A stretch of DNA of 64,000 nt from Zygnema circumcarinatum SAG 698-1b (GCA_037447605.1 CM074804.1:8099909-8163908); one strand, 5' to 3'. Counted from the first letter of the stretch, positions 22,820 through 36,990 are shown. The notes: generated by a model not told the origin, from the sequence alone. Made by a program: numbers and translations.

Positions 22820-25198
22820 CCTCGCCCTCTCCCTCCCCCTCTCCCTCTCCCTCTCCCTCTCCCTCTCTCCCTCTCCCTCTCCCTCTCCCTCTCCTCTCCC
22901 TCTCCTCTCCCTCTCCCTCTCCCTCTCCCTCTCCCTCTCCCTCTCCCTCTCCCTCTCCCTCTCCCTCTCCCTCTCCCTCTCCCTCTCCCTCTCCCTCTCC
23001 CTCTCCCTCTCCCTCTCCCTCTCCCTCTCCCTCTCCCTCTCCCTCCCTCTCCCTCTTCCTCTCCCTCTCCCTCTCCCTCTCCCTCTCCCTCTCCCTCTCC
23101 CTCTCCCTCTCCCCTCTCCCTCTCCCTCTCCCTCTCTCTCCCTCTCCCTCTCCCTCTCCCTCTCCCTCTCCCTCTCCCTCTCCCTCTCCCTCTCCTCTCC
23201 CTCTCTCCCTCTCCCTCTCCTTCTTCCTCTCCCTCTCCCTCTCCTCCTCTTCCCTCTCCTCTCCCTCTCCCTCTCTCCCTCTCCTTCTCTCTCTCCCTCT
23301 CCCTCTCCCCTCTCCCTCTCCCTCTCCCTCTCCCTCTCCCTCTCCCTCTCCCTCTCCCTCTCCCTCTCCCTCTCCCTCTCCCTCTCCCTCTCCCTCTCTC
23401 CTTCTCCCTCTTCCCTCTTCCCTCTCCTCTCTCCCTCTCCCTCTCCCTCTCCCTCTCTCCCTCTCCCTCTCCCTCTCCCTCTCCCTCTCCCTCTCCCTCT
23501 CCCTCTCCCTCTCCTCTCCCTCTCCCTCTTCCCTCTCTCCCTCCTCTCTCCCTCTTCCCTCTCCCTCTCCCTCTTCCCTCTCTCCTCTCTCTCCCTCTCC
23601 CTCTCCCTCTCCCTCTCCCTCTTCCCTCTCCTCTCCCTCTCCCTCTCCCTCTCCCTCTCCCTCTCCCTCTCCCTCTCCCTCTCCCTCTCCTTCTCCTCTC
23701 CCTCTCCCTCTCCCTCTCCCTCTCCCTCTCCCTCCCCTCTCTCTCCCTCTCTCCCTCTCTCCTTCTCCCTCTCCCTCTCCCTCCCTCTCCCTCTCCCTCT
23801 CCCTCTCCCTCTCCCTCTCCCTCTCCCTCTCCCTCTCCCTCTCCCTCTCCCTCTCCCTCTCCCTCTCCCTCTCCCTCTCCTCTCCCTCTCCCTCTCCCTC
23901 TCCCTCTCCCTCTCCCTCTCCCTCTCCCTCTCCCTCTCCCTCTCCCTCTCCCTCTCCCTCTCCCTCTCCCTCTCCCTCTCCCTCTCCCTCTCCCTCTCCC
24001 TCTCCCTCTCCCTCTCCCTCTCCCTCTCCCTCTCCCTCTCCCTCTCTCTCCTCTCTCCCTCTCCCTCCCTCTCCCTCTCCTTCTTCCTCTCCCTCTCCTC
24101 TTCCTCTCTCCTCTCCCTCTCTCTCTCCCTCTCCCTCTCCCTCTCCCTCTCCCTCTTCCCTCTCCTCTCCCTCTCCCTCTCCCTCTCTCCCTCTCCCTCT
24201 CCCTCTTCCCTCTCCCTCTCCCTCTCCCTCTCCCTCTCCCTCTCCCTCTCCCTCTCCCTCTCCCTCTCTCTCCCTCTCCCTCTCCCTCTCCCTCTCCCTC
24301 TCCCTCTCCCTCTCCCTCTCCCTGTCCCTCTCCCTCTCTCCCTCTCCCTCTCCCTGTCCCTCTCCCTCTCCCTCTCCCTCTCCCTCTCCCTCTCCCTCTC
24401 CCTCTCCCTCTCCCTCTCCCTCTCCCTCTCCCTCTCCCTCTCCCTCTCCCTCTCCCTCCCTCTCCCTCTCCCTCTCCTTCTCCCTCCCTCCTCTCCCTCT
24501 CCCTCTCCCTCTCCCTCTCCCTCTCCCTCTCCCTCTCCCTCTCCCTCTCCCTCTCCCTCTCCCTCTCCCTCTCCCTCTCCCTCTCCCTCTCCCTCTCCTC
24601 TCCCTCTCCCTCTCCCTCCCTCTCTCCCTCTCCCTCTCCTCTCTCTCTCCTCTCCCTCTCCCTCTCCCTCTCCCTCTCCCTCTCCCTCTCCCTCTCCCTC
24701 TCTCTCTCCCTCTCCCTCTCTCTCCCTCTCCTGTCCCTCTCCCTCTCCCTCTCCTTCTCCCTCTCCCTCTCCGTCGCCCTTGCCTCTCCCTGTCCTTCTC
24801 CCTCTCCCTCTCCCTCTCCCTCTCCCTCCTCCTCTCCCTCTCCTTCTCCTTCTCCCTCTCTCGCCCACTCCCTCTCCCTCTCCCTCTCCTCTCCCTCTCC
24901 CTCTCCTCTCCCTCTCCCTCTCTCTCCCTCTCCCTCTCCTTCTTCCTCTCCCTCCCTCTCCCTCTCCCTCTCCCTCTCCCTCTCCTCTCCCTCTCCCTCT
25001 CCCTCTCCCTCTCCCTCTCCCTCTCCCTCTCCCTCTCCCTCTCCCTCTCCCTCTCCCTCTCCCTCTCCCTCTGCCTCCCTCTCCCTCTCCCTCTCCCTCT
25101 CCCTCTCCCTCTCCCTCCCTCTCTCCCTCTCCTCTCCCTCTCCCTCTCCCTCTCCCTCTCCCTCTCCCTCTCCCTCTCCCTCTCCCTCTCCCTCTCCC
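22820..25198. repeat. ~2.4 kb (CTCTCC)n hexamer microsatellite
   Basis: Near-continuous ctctcc units. They explain the five 690-890-aa SP/LS/RG/RE ORFs. Confidence 0.97.
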
Positions 25199-25950
25199 TA
25201 GGACCCAAGGACAACAGAAAAATGGCCTTGTGGATGTTAAGTTAAGCAGTACGAGACAAAGTTATGTCCCCTCCCCTCTGTAAAGTTATATACCGCCCCT
25301 CGGTAAAGTTACCAGTTAAGCAGTAGTAGGGAGCGGTCCTTCATGCAATGAAAGACGTCAGAGTCCCAGTTTAATTTTCGTTCCAGAAACAACCTGTTGA
25401 ATTTCAGTTACAGTTCAGTTACGGTGCGGCGTGACACGGGACGTTCGGGCAGTTTTTTGTTTCCAACTTTCTTCGATGCGGTTGCAAACTTGGGCCCTTT
25501 TCGCACACGAAAATGGGCTAAAACTTTAATTGTTTTAGTCAAAAAATTGTTGTGGCCTATGGTCACACGTGGCACACTATTATTGGAGAATTGTTTTTTG
25601 TCGCCTTCATTAGTGGTCTTCCAGCCAATCAAAAACTGCAGCTACACGTGTAGCGGGCAGGCAAAAGGACCCTGGATGGAGGCTGGTTTGCAACTTGGGT
25701 CTTCGTCAGTTGCAATCAGCGGAACAGGGGGATGTTGGCATGCTGTTTCTTGGAACGCTCATTCTGTTTAAGGATTACAGGAATAGCAACGCTTGTATGT
25801 ATTCATTTGGTTCGCGGTTTGATGCAGATTCTGGCAATTACATATTCCAGTAATATGTCTGTGGATTTCAGGACCTGAAGAGCCTGCTAGACTTGTAATG
25901 ATCGTGCTTCAGAAAGGTTCCCTTTTGACGCAGCTGAACGTATTCAGGGG

Positions 25951-28900
25951 ATGGATGTGTTTGACTTTGACTCTGAGGAAGAAGATGCTGAACCAAGCAA
26001 CTGTTCAAAGCGTCAGGAATTTGACAGCAAACAACCAAATGTTAAGAAACAGCTGTCCACTGACGGTACGTGGTTGAAGGTATTCTGTTATTGCAGCAGC
26101 TTATTGACATGAGCTTCGAAAAAAAGTCTATGTAAACACTGTTTTGAAGGACTGCATTTTGCTCCCTCTTAGTATTGCCTGTCACCTTCTGCATCTTTAA
26201 GGTTAAGCAGGAGGGAGGGATTGAGAGGATTCAAGGAGTAATATGTTTCAGCCTTCTCGTGTTCCAGAGTTTCGAAATGTTCGACGTCCAAGTCTTGGAA
26301 GGCAAGGAAGCAGCGCATCTGCAAGAAGACGAAGTTTGATGCGTGTAAAAGATGAGTGCTTTAAAAAAAGGCCTTTAAAAATTGAGACAAGGAGTTTTAA
26401 TGTTTCACCTTCTGGATCATCCATACGTCAAAGCTCTGTCGGAACTGAGCACGGGGGACCGCTACACGCATACATGGAACAGGTGAAGCATTTGCGTTTG
26501 AGGGAGATAATGCTAATAGGGGATCAGGAAGCAATACTAGTAGCATTAGAAATGTGAACAATATTGGGATACTTGCTACAATTCAATTTTGTACTATGTT
26601 TCTCATGCATTCAGGGTTGTGCTCAGCAAGATACTGCTCCTGCTTACCTTTTTGTTGCTTTGTTTTAATTTGTACTTACTCTCATGGCTTTGAAGCTCTC
26701 GTTGCTTTCGTATTATCTCATATCTGTCAGTTCTCTCACCCTCTCTCTCGCTCTGCTTATTGTAGAGTGGCAATACAAACGAAACTGCAGAGGTGCGTTT
26801 GCGCAGCAACAAGGCGTGGATCGGAGGGCTGCTGGTGGACCAAATGAGAATCAGCTTCACAGCAGAAGTGATTGGTGTTCAGATATCTGCAAATATGCAG
26901 CGAAAGTCTTTTGAACTGCGTGTGGAGGAGGCAGAGCAGCTGCTGTCACATTGTTATGAAACTTTAAATGTGAGTTTCTCCTTTCTGGAAGCAAAACATA
27001 AGAAAAAACTTGATTGGTTATATGTTGGATATAGAGTGGCAGGGAATGCCATGTGTATGATTGGTTCATCACTGCTTCTGGATGTCTGAAAGGAAAGTTC
27101 AATTGGTCTCAAAGTGATATAGGAGAACCTCGCGTTTTCATTCCTTGTTTTTTTGAGCAGGTCAAAAAAGCCGTTGGTGTATTGGTGCTGAAAGAGACGG
27201 CAAAAGTTGATGCTGATGTTGTTGAACACTTTGATTTGAAGAGCACAGGTGCGGCATGCGGCCTTTCTCACTTTTGAGTAGGAGCAATACGGGGTTTCAG
27301 GCATGACAAAATCTATATGGAATTTGTTTGAAGGATGTACTTTGAATTTCTCTGTTGACTACCTATTTCACGAGAATGCGTGTATTCATTTTGAAATCCG
27401 AGAGTGTGGAACTTTTCCAAGTCTGGAACCCCCTAATGTAGAGTGTGGAGGGAGAAAAGCAAAGCAAAGATAAGGCGGAAGGGATTCTGAATTTGCCCCT
27501 GAAGGCATGCATCAATTCTGTCGTTTACTCCTGTTGACATTACTACCCCACCTTGCTAAATGTTCTCCTTTTCACCATGAAGGGACCCGTCTTTAGTAAA
27601 GGCTTCCCATTTGTCTAAAAACCTCACTTCGAAGAAATCCAGATGGTTTTTTTTATTGGAGAAATCAGATTGGAGACAATATCCTTTCTACGTTTTATTG
27701 TTTCACGTACATTCGTGCATGATGTGCAGATTTACGGCTTAGATCTATTGTGTGGGAGCTGAATAATGATATCTGGGTCGCGTATCAGAGAGAAATATTG
27801 AGTATTTGCGGACTCGCTGGCAGTTCAGACTATTGGGAACGACTTGCACTTGGGTACGTGCTAAACCACGCTTTTTTTTATTGCAAATTCTCTTCTCGTC
27901 TCTTTTTCGCACCATTCATAAGAAGATGTCGTGGTTTTGTGTTTGTAGGACAAAGGGCAGTGCAGTCATACTTACTTCATGCTTCTAATTTACCAGCTAG
28001 CTCTTTCTGAGATGTGCTCTTTACTGGTTGAATTGTGGCAGTGAAAAGGATGAGGTGAGCTTCTTTTTGGAAAGGCCAGATATGAAGCCGGGATCAGATC
28101 GAACTCTGCTCGGAAACACCCTCCTTGAAAAGGAACTGGATAAAACCGATTTGGTGGATTCAGAGCCACTTGTTTCTAACTCTTTGGAACAAAGGTTGGT
28201 GACGGAGGTGCACCCTCGGAATGAGAATGTTTGGTGAGTTCGAAACGTTCTTGTTCTATGCATTGTTCACATCATGTTTTTTGACTACGATCGCAGCTGG
28301 GGGAGAGAGGTAGGGGGAGAGAGAGGGAGGGCAGGGGAGAGAGGGAACTTTTGTCTTCTTCCTACCTTCTATTCCTTATTCGCACAGTTTAATTTGCTTC
28401 TGGTGTCATCAGGACTCGTAGAGAAGCAATTCAGGACTTTCTATTCCCCAATGGAAATGACAGAGACGCTGTGACAGTCACGAATGAGGATTTTAAGAGA
28501 TTGGGCCCCGGTATGCACCTCAACGACACTTTGATCGACTTTTATATCAAGTACGGATTTGAACTTCTGTTGGCTTTCTTGCCATTAATTTGAATTGTTA
28601 GTGAAGGTCTTGCTTTCGACCCATTTGATCTTTTGTAAAAGCCAAAAATAGTTAGGTACCTGATTACTGTGCAATTCTTTTGGGTCCATACTTGGTTTCC
28701 TTCTCCATGTATAGCAAAAATCCTCATACCGCTGTAACGTTGAGAAGGCCTTGAAGGTTTTGAAACTATTTTCTTATTTGTTGTCGTGGGGTGGAGTTCT
28801 TCTCCTCTTAATAAATGAAGGTACGTGAACATGCAGCTACCAAGTGAGCAGCAGGAAAGGTACCATTTTTTCAACAGCTTTTTTTACACAAAACTTCTGG

Positions 28901-31800
28901 AAGGTCAAGCCTCGGACGATTTCTTCAAAGGAGTGGCCAGCTGGACTCGTAAAGTCGATATTTTTTCAAAAGACTTTGTCTTTGTTCCGATAAATCAGTG
29001 GTAATGTAACTTCTTTTAACCTCTCCTTAGTTGTCTACAGCTTGTGGTATTGTGCTTAGTCTAGAAATTTACGGCAAAGGATGGAGAGTGTGTCCGTGTG
29101 CATGTGAGGGAGTGAGAGTGTGAGAGAGAGACGGACAGGGGAGCAGAGAGAGGAGGTTTAGGAGTTACTAAAAGAAAGACCCGTTTCTGGAATTCTGAAA
29201 ATCTTTATGATTATTTGAGTGCTATGACTTTAATCCTTTGAGACCATTTCAGGGGATGGAAATGTTTTGAACGATTTCGAGGGTTGTCAGGGGGGCTTTG
29301 ATTTCTAGCTGAGAGCGATGATCCCTTATTTGGAAAGCCTGTTATCTACTATGTGCAGGAGTCATTGGAGTCTAGCTATCATATGCCATTTAAAGGAAAT
29401 TGCCTCTTTTCAAGGTACTTTCTAGAATATGGTAGTCTATCTTGGTGCATTAAGGTTTCTTTGGAATTCTACCTTCTCTAGACCAAAAGGAAGAAGTAAG
29501 GGGATGGAAGAAGGGGAGGTTGTTGGAGGCTTCGATCCAATGAAAAATTCATGACTTTTGGATTTTGTATTCAACAGTTCGGCAATAAACCAAATCAAAG
29601 CAAGCCGGGTTATTTTTTTGGTACAGAGATTGACAAAAAAATGGAAGGAGTGGATTCGGACAGGTCACCATCCATTATTCATCTCGATTCTATGGAAGGT
29701 TTTCACAGTGAAGCAACACGCCTGCTCTTGAAGTAAGCAATGTTTGATTACTGAAGATAATGCGGATTATTCTGTTCTAGCCGTTCTTAGTCGATTTACT
29801 TGCCATCGTTAAGTCTCTGTGCTGTATGATGAATTCTTGCGAGTGGCAAACTGTTTCCTTTTTTTCTTCTGCAGTTATTTGCGAGAAGAATGGAGTCACA
29901 GGTTTCACACAAATCGTTCTGAAACGGCTCAGCTTCTCAATCGTATCAAATGTGTTCGGGTGAATGTAAGAGAGTTTGCCTGTTCAATAATGAATTCTCT
30001 CCTTTCCTCTCCCTTGTCAAATTTCCTCTTCCCACCCCACTCTCTCCTTTTCAGGCTATTTATGACCATGCCTCTCTTGTTCCTTCTCTCTCTCTCGCTC
30101 GTTGTTTGGACTATTGGCCTCATTCTTTCTCTTCCTTTCACACACACATACACACACAAAGTTGCTCTCCCTATATGCTGGGGAAGGCCATCTGCCTCCG
30201 TCCCTACCTCCCTCCCTCTTTCCTTCCTCGCTCCCTCTCTCCTTTTGAAAAATGCGAACCTCTCCCAGAAGCATTTTGGTCACATGCATTAAGAAACTTG
30301 TTTGGGTGAAATTAATAAGTCATTTTCCTTTTATTGACAGGTCCCTCAGCAGACAAATTCAAGTGATTGCGGATTATTTTTGCTGCATTATGTGGAACTC
30401 TTTGCCAAAAGGAATCCACCAGCTGTCTGCCTACTGGAGGGCCATCCACACTTCCCCCATTACGTAAGATTTTTCCTTTTCTTTCATAGAGACCCTCCCT
30501 GTAGTTTTCCATGCATGAAGGCATGGAAGGACAGAGCTATGTTGCATCAGATCGTAGCCTGTCAGTGTATGGGAAAGAATAGTTGGTAACATCTTTTGGC
30601 AGTTTTTTGTTTCCCCAGCTCGTCTTCTTGTGTTTACTGCCTTTTACTGAAGCATAAGGCCGTATGTCCCATATCTTGAAAACTTTTCCAAGCTTTTGAA
30701 GTGCCAAGTCTGCCGAGGTTTCAGAGCTTTTAAGTTTCTCTGAGCTTGCGGTGTCCTGCATTTATCTCTCCTTATTTTTTACGGTTTTTTTTGTTGCTGT
30801 TTTGCATACTTTTTCCATACAGCTCAATGGTCGATGGTTTCAACCGTGCGAAGCCTCCTCTAAGCGGGATAAAATTCGGGAGGTAATTTTCGAACTTTCA
30901 AGGCAGAGTCAAGCACTTGAGAAAACGAAACCGTGTAAGCTTGAAACGAAAGTTGGGGGGGATTTATGTATTTTGTCGCAAGATAGCTCCGATGTGCTTG
31001 TGTTGAGTCAACCGCCCAAACTGGATAACTCGACAAAAGATGCGGAAAAATGGTCGGAAAAAGTACAAGCAGAGAGAACCATAGGAGGGGACGTGGAGGA
31101 GCCTTCTTTGAATGTGAGAAGAGAAAAATGCAGCAGTCCAGAAATCTCAGAGAAGGATATGGAACTGATGACAGAAAAGGAAGAGGAGAAGTCACAAGGG
31201 AGTCCGGCATTTGAAGAGAGTCTCATGTTACTACGCCCAAGAAGGAGCTCATTTCCTCAATGTAGAAAAAGGTCAAAACTGCAGAGTGATATTCCAGAAG
31301 GGAGTTTGAATCCTCGAAACTCAAAACGGTTTTCAAGTTTGAATGAAACTCGTCGAAAAGTGGTAGTGAATGCCCAAGTGGAGAAAAAGAGGGAAGCAAA
31401 GAATGAGGGTGGGAGAGAGGTGGGGTCTGCTGTGGATGTGTTCAACTTGGACGATGAAGAGGAGGAAAGAGCGAATCCATTAGCTTGTTACTCGACTTTT
31501 CCGATTGTTACAAAACAGTTAAATTCTCCTGTGGGCAATAGAGACGAAGGACGGCATGGAGAGTATGTTCCAGAACGAGCAAATCTTTCTAAAGTTGATT
31601 ATCTTGCGGATACTGATGCGTTAGGGGAGAGGACGGAGGAGGGGAGAGTGAAAGTGGAGGGCGATGGAGGAAATGGAAAAAAACACAAGAGAAGAGGATG
31701 GGATGATGATTTGGGTTTGGGGGATGCTATCATCAAAGTGAATGATACGCTAGATCGGATTCGTGGAGAGGTATTGAAAAGTAAGGATGAAAGAGGATAG
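25951..31800 (+). CDS. ULP/C48 SUMO protease (ULP2-like); 5' end uncertain
   Basis: Exons encode DAVTVTNEDFKRLGPGMHLNDTLIDFYIK, YHFFNSFFYTKL, WTRKVDIFSKDFVFVPIN, HWSLAIICH (His), IIHLDSM (Asp), VPQQTNSSDCGLFLLHYVELF (Cys), then WFQPCEASSKRDKIREVI and a long acidic tail to the stop at 31800. The first coding exon (MDVFDFDSEEE) is tentative. Confidence 0.9.
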
Positions 31801-34234
31801 TGAGCTTCAGTACGGAGGTAAGCAGCAAAATCTCTACTCTTTACCCACTTCCGCTTCTTCCTCTACGCTCTTCACTCGGCTTCGCTTCCTCCCTTTCCGC
31901 CTCCTCCTCACCTCCCTTTCATTTCTGTCTCCCCTTCTTTGTACCCTCTCCCTCTCGTCTTCATTGGCCTGCCTTTCTCATCTTTCATGTCTCGTCTCTG
32001 AAACTTTTGCAATCTGGAAACCATTCCAGCACTTTGCAGACAATGTGCTCTGAAACCTAAATTTGCAACAGTGAAGCTTCTGCAACTGACAAGTGCATGT
32101 TTTGAGAGGTGTATCCTAAAAATCTACATTCTGAAGCTTGCAGTCGATGCGAGACCTCCCCCCACTCTCTATCTCTTCCTTTCTGCCCCTCTCTCGCCCT
32201 TTCTGTTTCTTCCCTCCCTGTCCCTCTCCCTCTGCTAATCTTCACACTTACCCCTTCTTATTTCTTCTCACATGTTTCTCTTATTTCTCCGCTCGAATTT
32301 TTTGCAGTTTTCTATCCCTTGATGGTACCACTCTATTCTTTTTGGCACGCTTGGAGTGGGACGTTTTCAAGGTTCGAAACTTCTCCCCGCATGCTGTGAA
32401 TCTTGTGAATACTTTCTCCTCTCTAAACGCAGACAAGCATCTGAAAGACATCGGAACATCCTACCTCTCTACAGATCATTTGCATTTTTTTTGTTTTGTA
32501 CTCTACCTTCATTATGTTTCTCTTGTTCTCTTCATCGCCCTCGGCACTTGCATCCTCGTAGTGAGCTTTTCTCCTGAAAGCAATTTCCGCCTCCATTGTC
32601 GTGTGCTGCCAGGCATTTCCTAGTTCGGATAAGTTGGTCTTTGAAGAGGGGGCGAGTTTGATCACTGCATTACTCAACAAAGGCCTCAAGTGTTGGAGGA
32701 GAGCACTCGTAGATGCCTACACCACGCTCCCACTCTCCTGCACTTTTGCAGCATCTTGATATGGGAGGCTTACTGGTGAAAACTTCATTCACTATTCATG
32801 AGGGAAGGCGCAATAGAACGTTTCAAGCACACGCAAACAGAACAGGCAACCAGAGCATCATCTCCACTGGTGTTCTTGTACATACATCGAAGCGAGTGAA
32901 GTGAAAATATAAATATGTAATAATATGTGTATTCATTTAATTTCAAGGCCCTCGGATAGAACCTACCACAGCTTTGCAGTACTTGCTACAGCATAACGCA
33001 ATTTTTTGAGTGTACCGTGAACACTATTAGGGAGCTCTATTCGGTGATATTCTCTTCGAAAGTCAATTGGATGAGGAATGTAGTTCCATTGGATACCTTC
33101 AGATTACGATTTTTAGAGCATGGTAATTTCAGCAGAAAAGCTCCCATTTTAGTGTTTTGGAAAGGTTGGTTATAATTCGTGGGTGAAGCGTGTGCAGGGA
33201 AACAAGACAGATGCAGATGCGTCCAGAAAGGAGCATAGAGAGTACACATTTGGACTCTGAAATCAATAATGTGCACATGACATGCCTCGCATGAAAACCA
33301 GTCGACCAAACTACCTATCTATAAACCAACGTATGCAAATATAAAGCTGGAAACTGAACGGCCAAGACAGAAGTCAGTTGGACAAGGAACAACTGCACTG
33401 CAAAAAACCGAACGCTTTTTAGAACCATTCCAGCACGTTAAACAAGCTTTCCAGAAGCTGGCCTAAACTTCATAACCACTGCCAATGGTTGGCAGCCATC
33501 CGCGTCCAACCGTTCGACTGTGCACGTCTTAACCGTCCTACCTTTTTTTTTTTTTGGAGCTTGCAAGACGTTATGAAAGGCCTGGTTTCCAACTCTACCA
33601 TTGAACAGCATGGGAATGGGCCAATAGGGTAGATAATTGGTTACTTGTCAGACTAAGGAAGGATGACAGGGTTCTTTAGTCGAACTTTCCAAACAAAACC
33701 ATCCGAGTTCTGCTGTTTCCCAAAAAAAATCCCTATATCTCACACTCTCTCTCTCTCTCTCCATCTCTCTCTCTCCCCCCTCTCTCTCCTTCCTCTCTCT
33801 CTTTCTCTCGCTTTCAAAACTCGCATCAGGCAATCAGTCGCTTTGGAAATAAATAGAACACAGGCGTGAAAAAGAAAACGAAATTTGTTGATATAAAATC
33901 GTGCTCGAATATATCTACAATTGCACACATGCGTTGACAGAGCCCATCGCCTCTTTCCTTTGAATACGAAATAAGATCTGCTTTTTTCCTTCTTTTGTAT
34001 GCCACCTGACAACATGAAGTATTGATGCGAGCTCCCACTACCACCTAGCGCGGTCGAAGGAGAGGAAACCACTAGTCGCAAAACTGATCTCATTTTCTGT
34101 GCTTGGAAATTTCCTGCCTTCAAACAGCCACGACATATACAGTAAAACTACCGCTCTGAATCCAAACACAAAGCTGCAGAAAGGTCATCCCAGTAGCCCC
34201 AGCCTTACTATTGTTTGAAATCGCCCTCTCCACA

Positions 34235-36023
34235 TTACTCCTCGGCCTTAGCCTCAACCAAAGTGAATCTGAATTTCGCCAGATGCTCGTCGCCTGTAGC
34301 AATCAGAAAAAAAAAATTGAATAAGAATAAGGACAAGCAGGCTTTCCAGAACAAACTCTTGTAAGTAGAAATATGATAAATCAAACTACTAAGCATCTAC
34401 AAGTCTTTAGAGCAGAAGGACCTGCTCTTTTTACAATTCACTTTCGAATCATAATGAACCAACATAAGTATTTGTAATGTGTGAAAAACAAATTTGACTA
34501 ATTGAATACGCCTGTTTATACAACAAGTACGCCACTGCACCACTTCAGATTAAAAATCAAGGATAGAGTGAGGAAGAGAGAAGCTGGAGCACTGTTAAAT
34601 TTGTCGTCGGAATAGGCGTAATCAAGGCCTAAAAAAGGTATGTACTCACCGAAAGTAACAATATTGCCTGGCGCCACTTCAGTGACAGAGCCAGGTCTGA
34701 GTCGCCTGGCACCGACCCATGTGCCGTTTGTGCTGTCCAAGTCCGTGACATAAAGTTTTTGGTCTTTCTTCTCCAGACGGGCATGGCAACCAGAGACTGC
34801 AGAAATAGAAGTGAAGAGGAGAAACAAGCTTCTGTGAGAACCACCTTGTTGAATAGACAGTATATCACAGTAGACGTGATGCAATGCAATACAATACAAC
34901 GAGAAAAATCAACAGAAACATAGCGCAGTAAATAATATATCTAAAAAGCAAAATACGAGAGCTTTGGCTCCTTCCTTTCACTGTACCCATGACATTGCAA
35001 GATTTCAATGCAGGCACCAACATAGCAAGAACTATAGCAAATCATAGCCAGAGAAGTAGGACTCAGCATATAGAGGCTAGCCATTGCTTCCTGTTTCATA
35101 AAGCTAAAGGTATAAACTTGAGATCCCTCCACTGTTGGCGCAGACTTGTGCTTATGAAGCTTTTCCAGCTTACCAGTTGCAACAGGGAGAACAACGTCAG
35201 ACTTCTCAGCTACCCTTCCGACAAGCACATAATCCTGCAAAAATGCACACGAAACAGACCACGTAAGACCACGTAAGACGCGAACTACGGCTTCTGAATT
35301 AATACACTTAGAAGTTGATTAAGGTCCATTGAAAAACTTAAAAATGGATGATCCATAAAATAGGCTGGACCAGTTCCTGCAATCAATCTTGTTCAGCTGC
35401 GAATACAAAAAAAAAAAGTGTGATAAAACGGGTAAGAAGGTGAACCTTCAAACCTACCGTAGTGACCTCGATGGGCCCCGGTGCAGCCACCTTCTCATCC
35501 AAATGTGCGCAGTCACCATCACCTGCCACAGCCACGCCAACAGAATCGCTCACCCTCCACAAAAGATCGGCAAAAGTGCGATACTGAGAAAGTCAAAACA
35601 TGCTTGGAAAAAGGCTTGAAACTCGATGAAGCATAAAACACTCGATATGCGCAATGTCAGACGTGAGGCTGTGCAACAGCTGCAGATTAGCCTCCTCGTA
35701 TTCTGAGAACCGCTAAGCTTCTCACCTACAGGCTCCAGCACCCAACGCAGAACTGCTTGTGTACTGACGGAGGCCGAGATGCCCGCGCTTCCACTATAAG
35801 GCGAGTGCTTTCGCAAGCCTTTCCTGGAAGCTCCAAGAGTGGAACCGCCGGAAAAGTGTCCTGCTGCTGCTACAAGATTGACCTTTCCTGCTTTCAATCT
35901 CAGCCTGCATGCAAGCTGCTGCGATTCCAGCTTCGCCTGCACTTGCTGCTTCCATGCTGGAGAGCAGGAGGCGGGCGCATTGATAGCCAGCATCATTGCA
36001 GGAGAGGATGCAATAGCCTCCAT
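34235..36023 (-). CDS. Plastid SMAD/FHA-domain protein (similar to the FHA tail of zeaxanthin epoxidase)
   Basis: Exons 36023-35726, 35522-35458, 35234-35174, 34796-34650, 34293-34235 give RWVLEPVGDGDCAHLD, VLVGRVAEKSDVVLPVATVSGCHARL, LYVTDLDSTNGTWV, PGNIVTFGDEHLAKFRF. The FHA GR/SxxH/NGT motifs are present, and the N-terminus is transit-peptide-like. Confidence 0.9.
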
Positions 36024-36094
36024 TCTGCTGTTCAAAAGAAAACCAATAAGAATCTCTGATTTAGAGAAAAAGAAACGCTTGCAGAGCCTCTGAA

Positions 36095-36152
36095 TGCAGG
36101 AGTGCAGGAATGCAGGAATGCAGGAATGCAGGAATGCAGGAATGCAGGAATG
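36095..36152. repeat. (CAGGAATG)n octamer repeat, ~7 copies, upstream of the FHA ATG
   Basis: Seen directly. Confidence 0.9.
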
Positions 36153-36505
36153 ATAATAACAATAGAAATAATAAAGTGAGCAGGTTTCAATGTGAGCTCT
36201 TTCTTTCCCTGGTCACGGCTCTTCTCTCTCTCGTCCTGGGAGAGAGTTGAGCAGCACTTGCAGGTGCAGGCTTGGAAAGATGGTATAAAAGTGCAAAATA
36301 TTTTGGAACAAAAGCGTACAAATTAACTTTCAATTCGTCTGCCCGATGACATAACTTTCCTTTGGGCAGGTCGAAGGCGTATACTAGCGCCTACTGATTG
36401 GCTGGAAAGTTGAACTTTGGGCAGACAAAACATCAATTTTAAATAAGTGCCCATTCTAGAACTGCCCGATAGACAATTGTTCGATCGAGAAGCGCCCAGT
36501 GGCTG

Positions 36506-36641
36506 CCACGTGGCGATGTGACCTTGCCCGGACGAAAAGAGAGATTTTTTTTGGACCAATGGGAGCAGCCTGGAGGGGATGAGGGCCCACCACGTCAGCC
36601 AAAAGGAAGATTTTCCGGTCAGCCGGTCCTGCGCACGTGGC
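36506..36641. promoter_or_regulatory. G-box/ABRE pair (CCACGTGG 36506, CACGTGGC 36634) upstream of the FHA gene
   Basis: Exact motifs. Function is inferred from bZIP/bHLH site consensus. Confidence 0.4.
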
Positions 36642-36990
36642 AGCTGGCCACGGATCTACCGAGTTTCAGATCCACCATGTAACACTAACGGACGGATTTT
36701 CAGAAATCGAAATTTTCTGGATCAACTATTTTTGACATGGGCAGAGGTCTAGAAATCGATATTTTTTCGGATCCACCATTTTTTAACACCAACGATTTTC
36801 AGAATGCGAGGCTTTCCGGATCCACAGATGAGACGGATCAACCGTTGCGCTGGTGGATCCTGTCCATTCGCCGTTGATCCGTCTCTGAGAGAGGGAATTT
36901 GGCACACAGTAGTGAAGCCATGGTTTGTGAAAAATGTGGCATTTATCTCACGATGGCGACGCCATAAGAGTGGAGTATGATGGATGCCCC

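Noticed and set aside
22602-25283. Five 690-890-aa SP/LS/RG/RE ORFs
   Set aside because: Translations of (CTCTCC)n, open in most frames; not credible genes.
32250-33310. Possible small minus-strand gene (e.g. WNYIPHPIDFRREYHRIELP)
   Set aside because: Short open stretches with weak splice sites and no recognisable family; could be UTR sequence.
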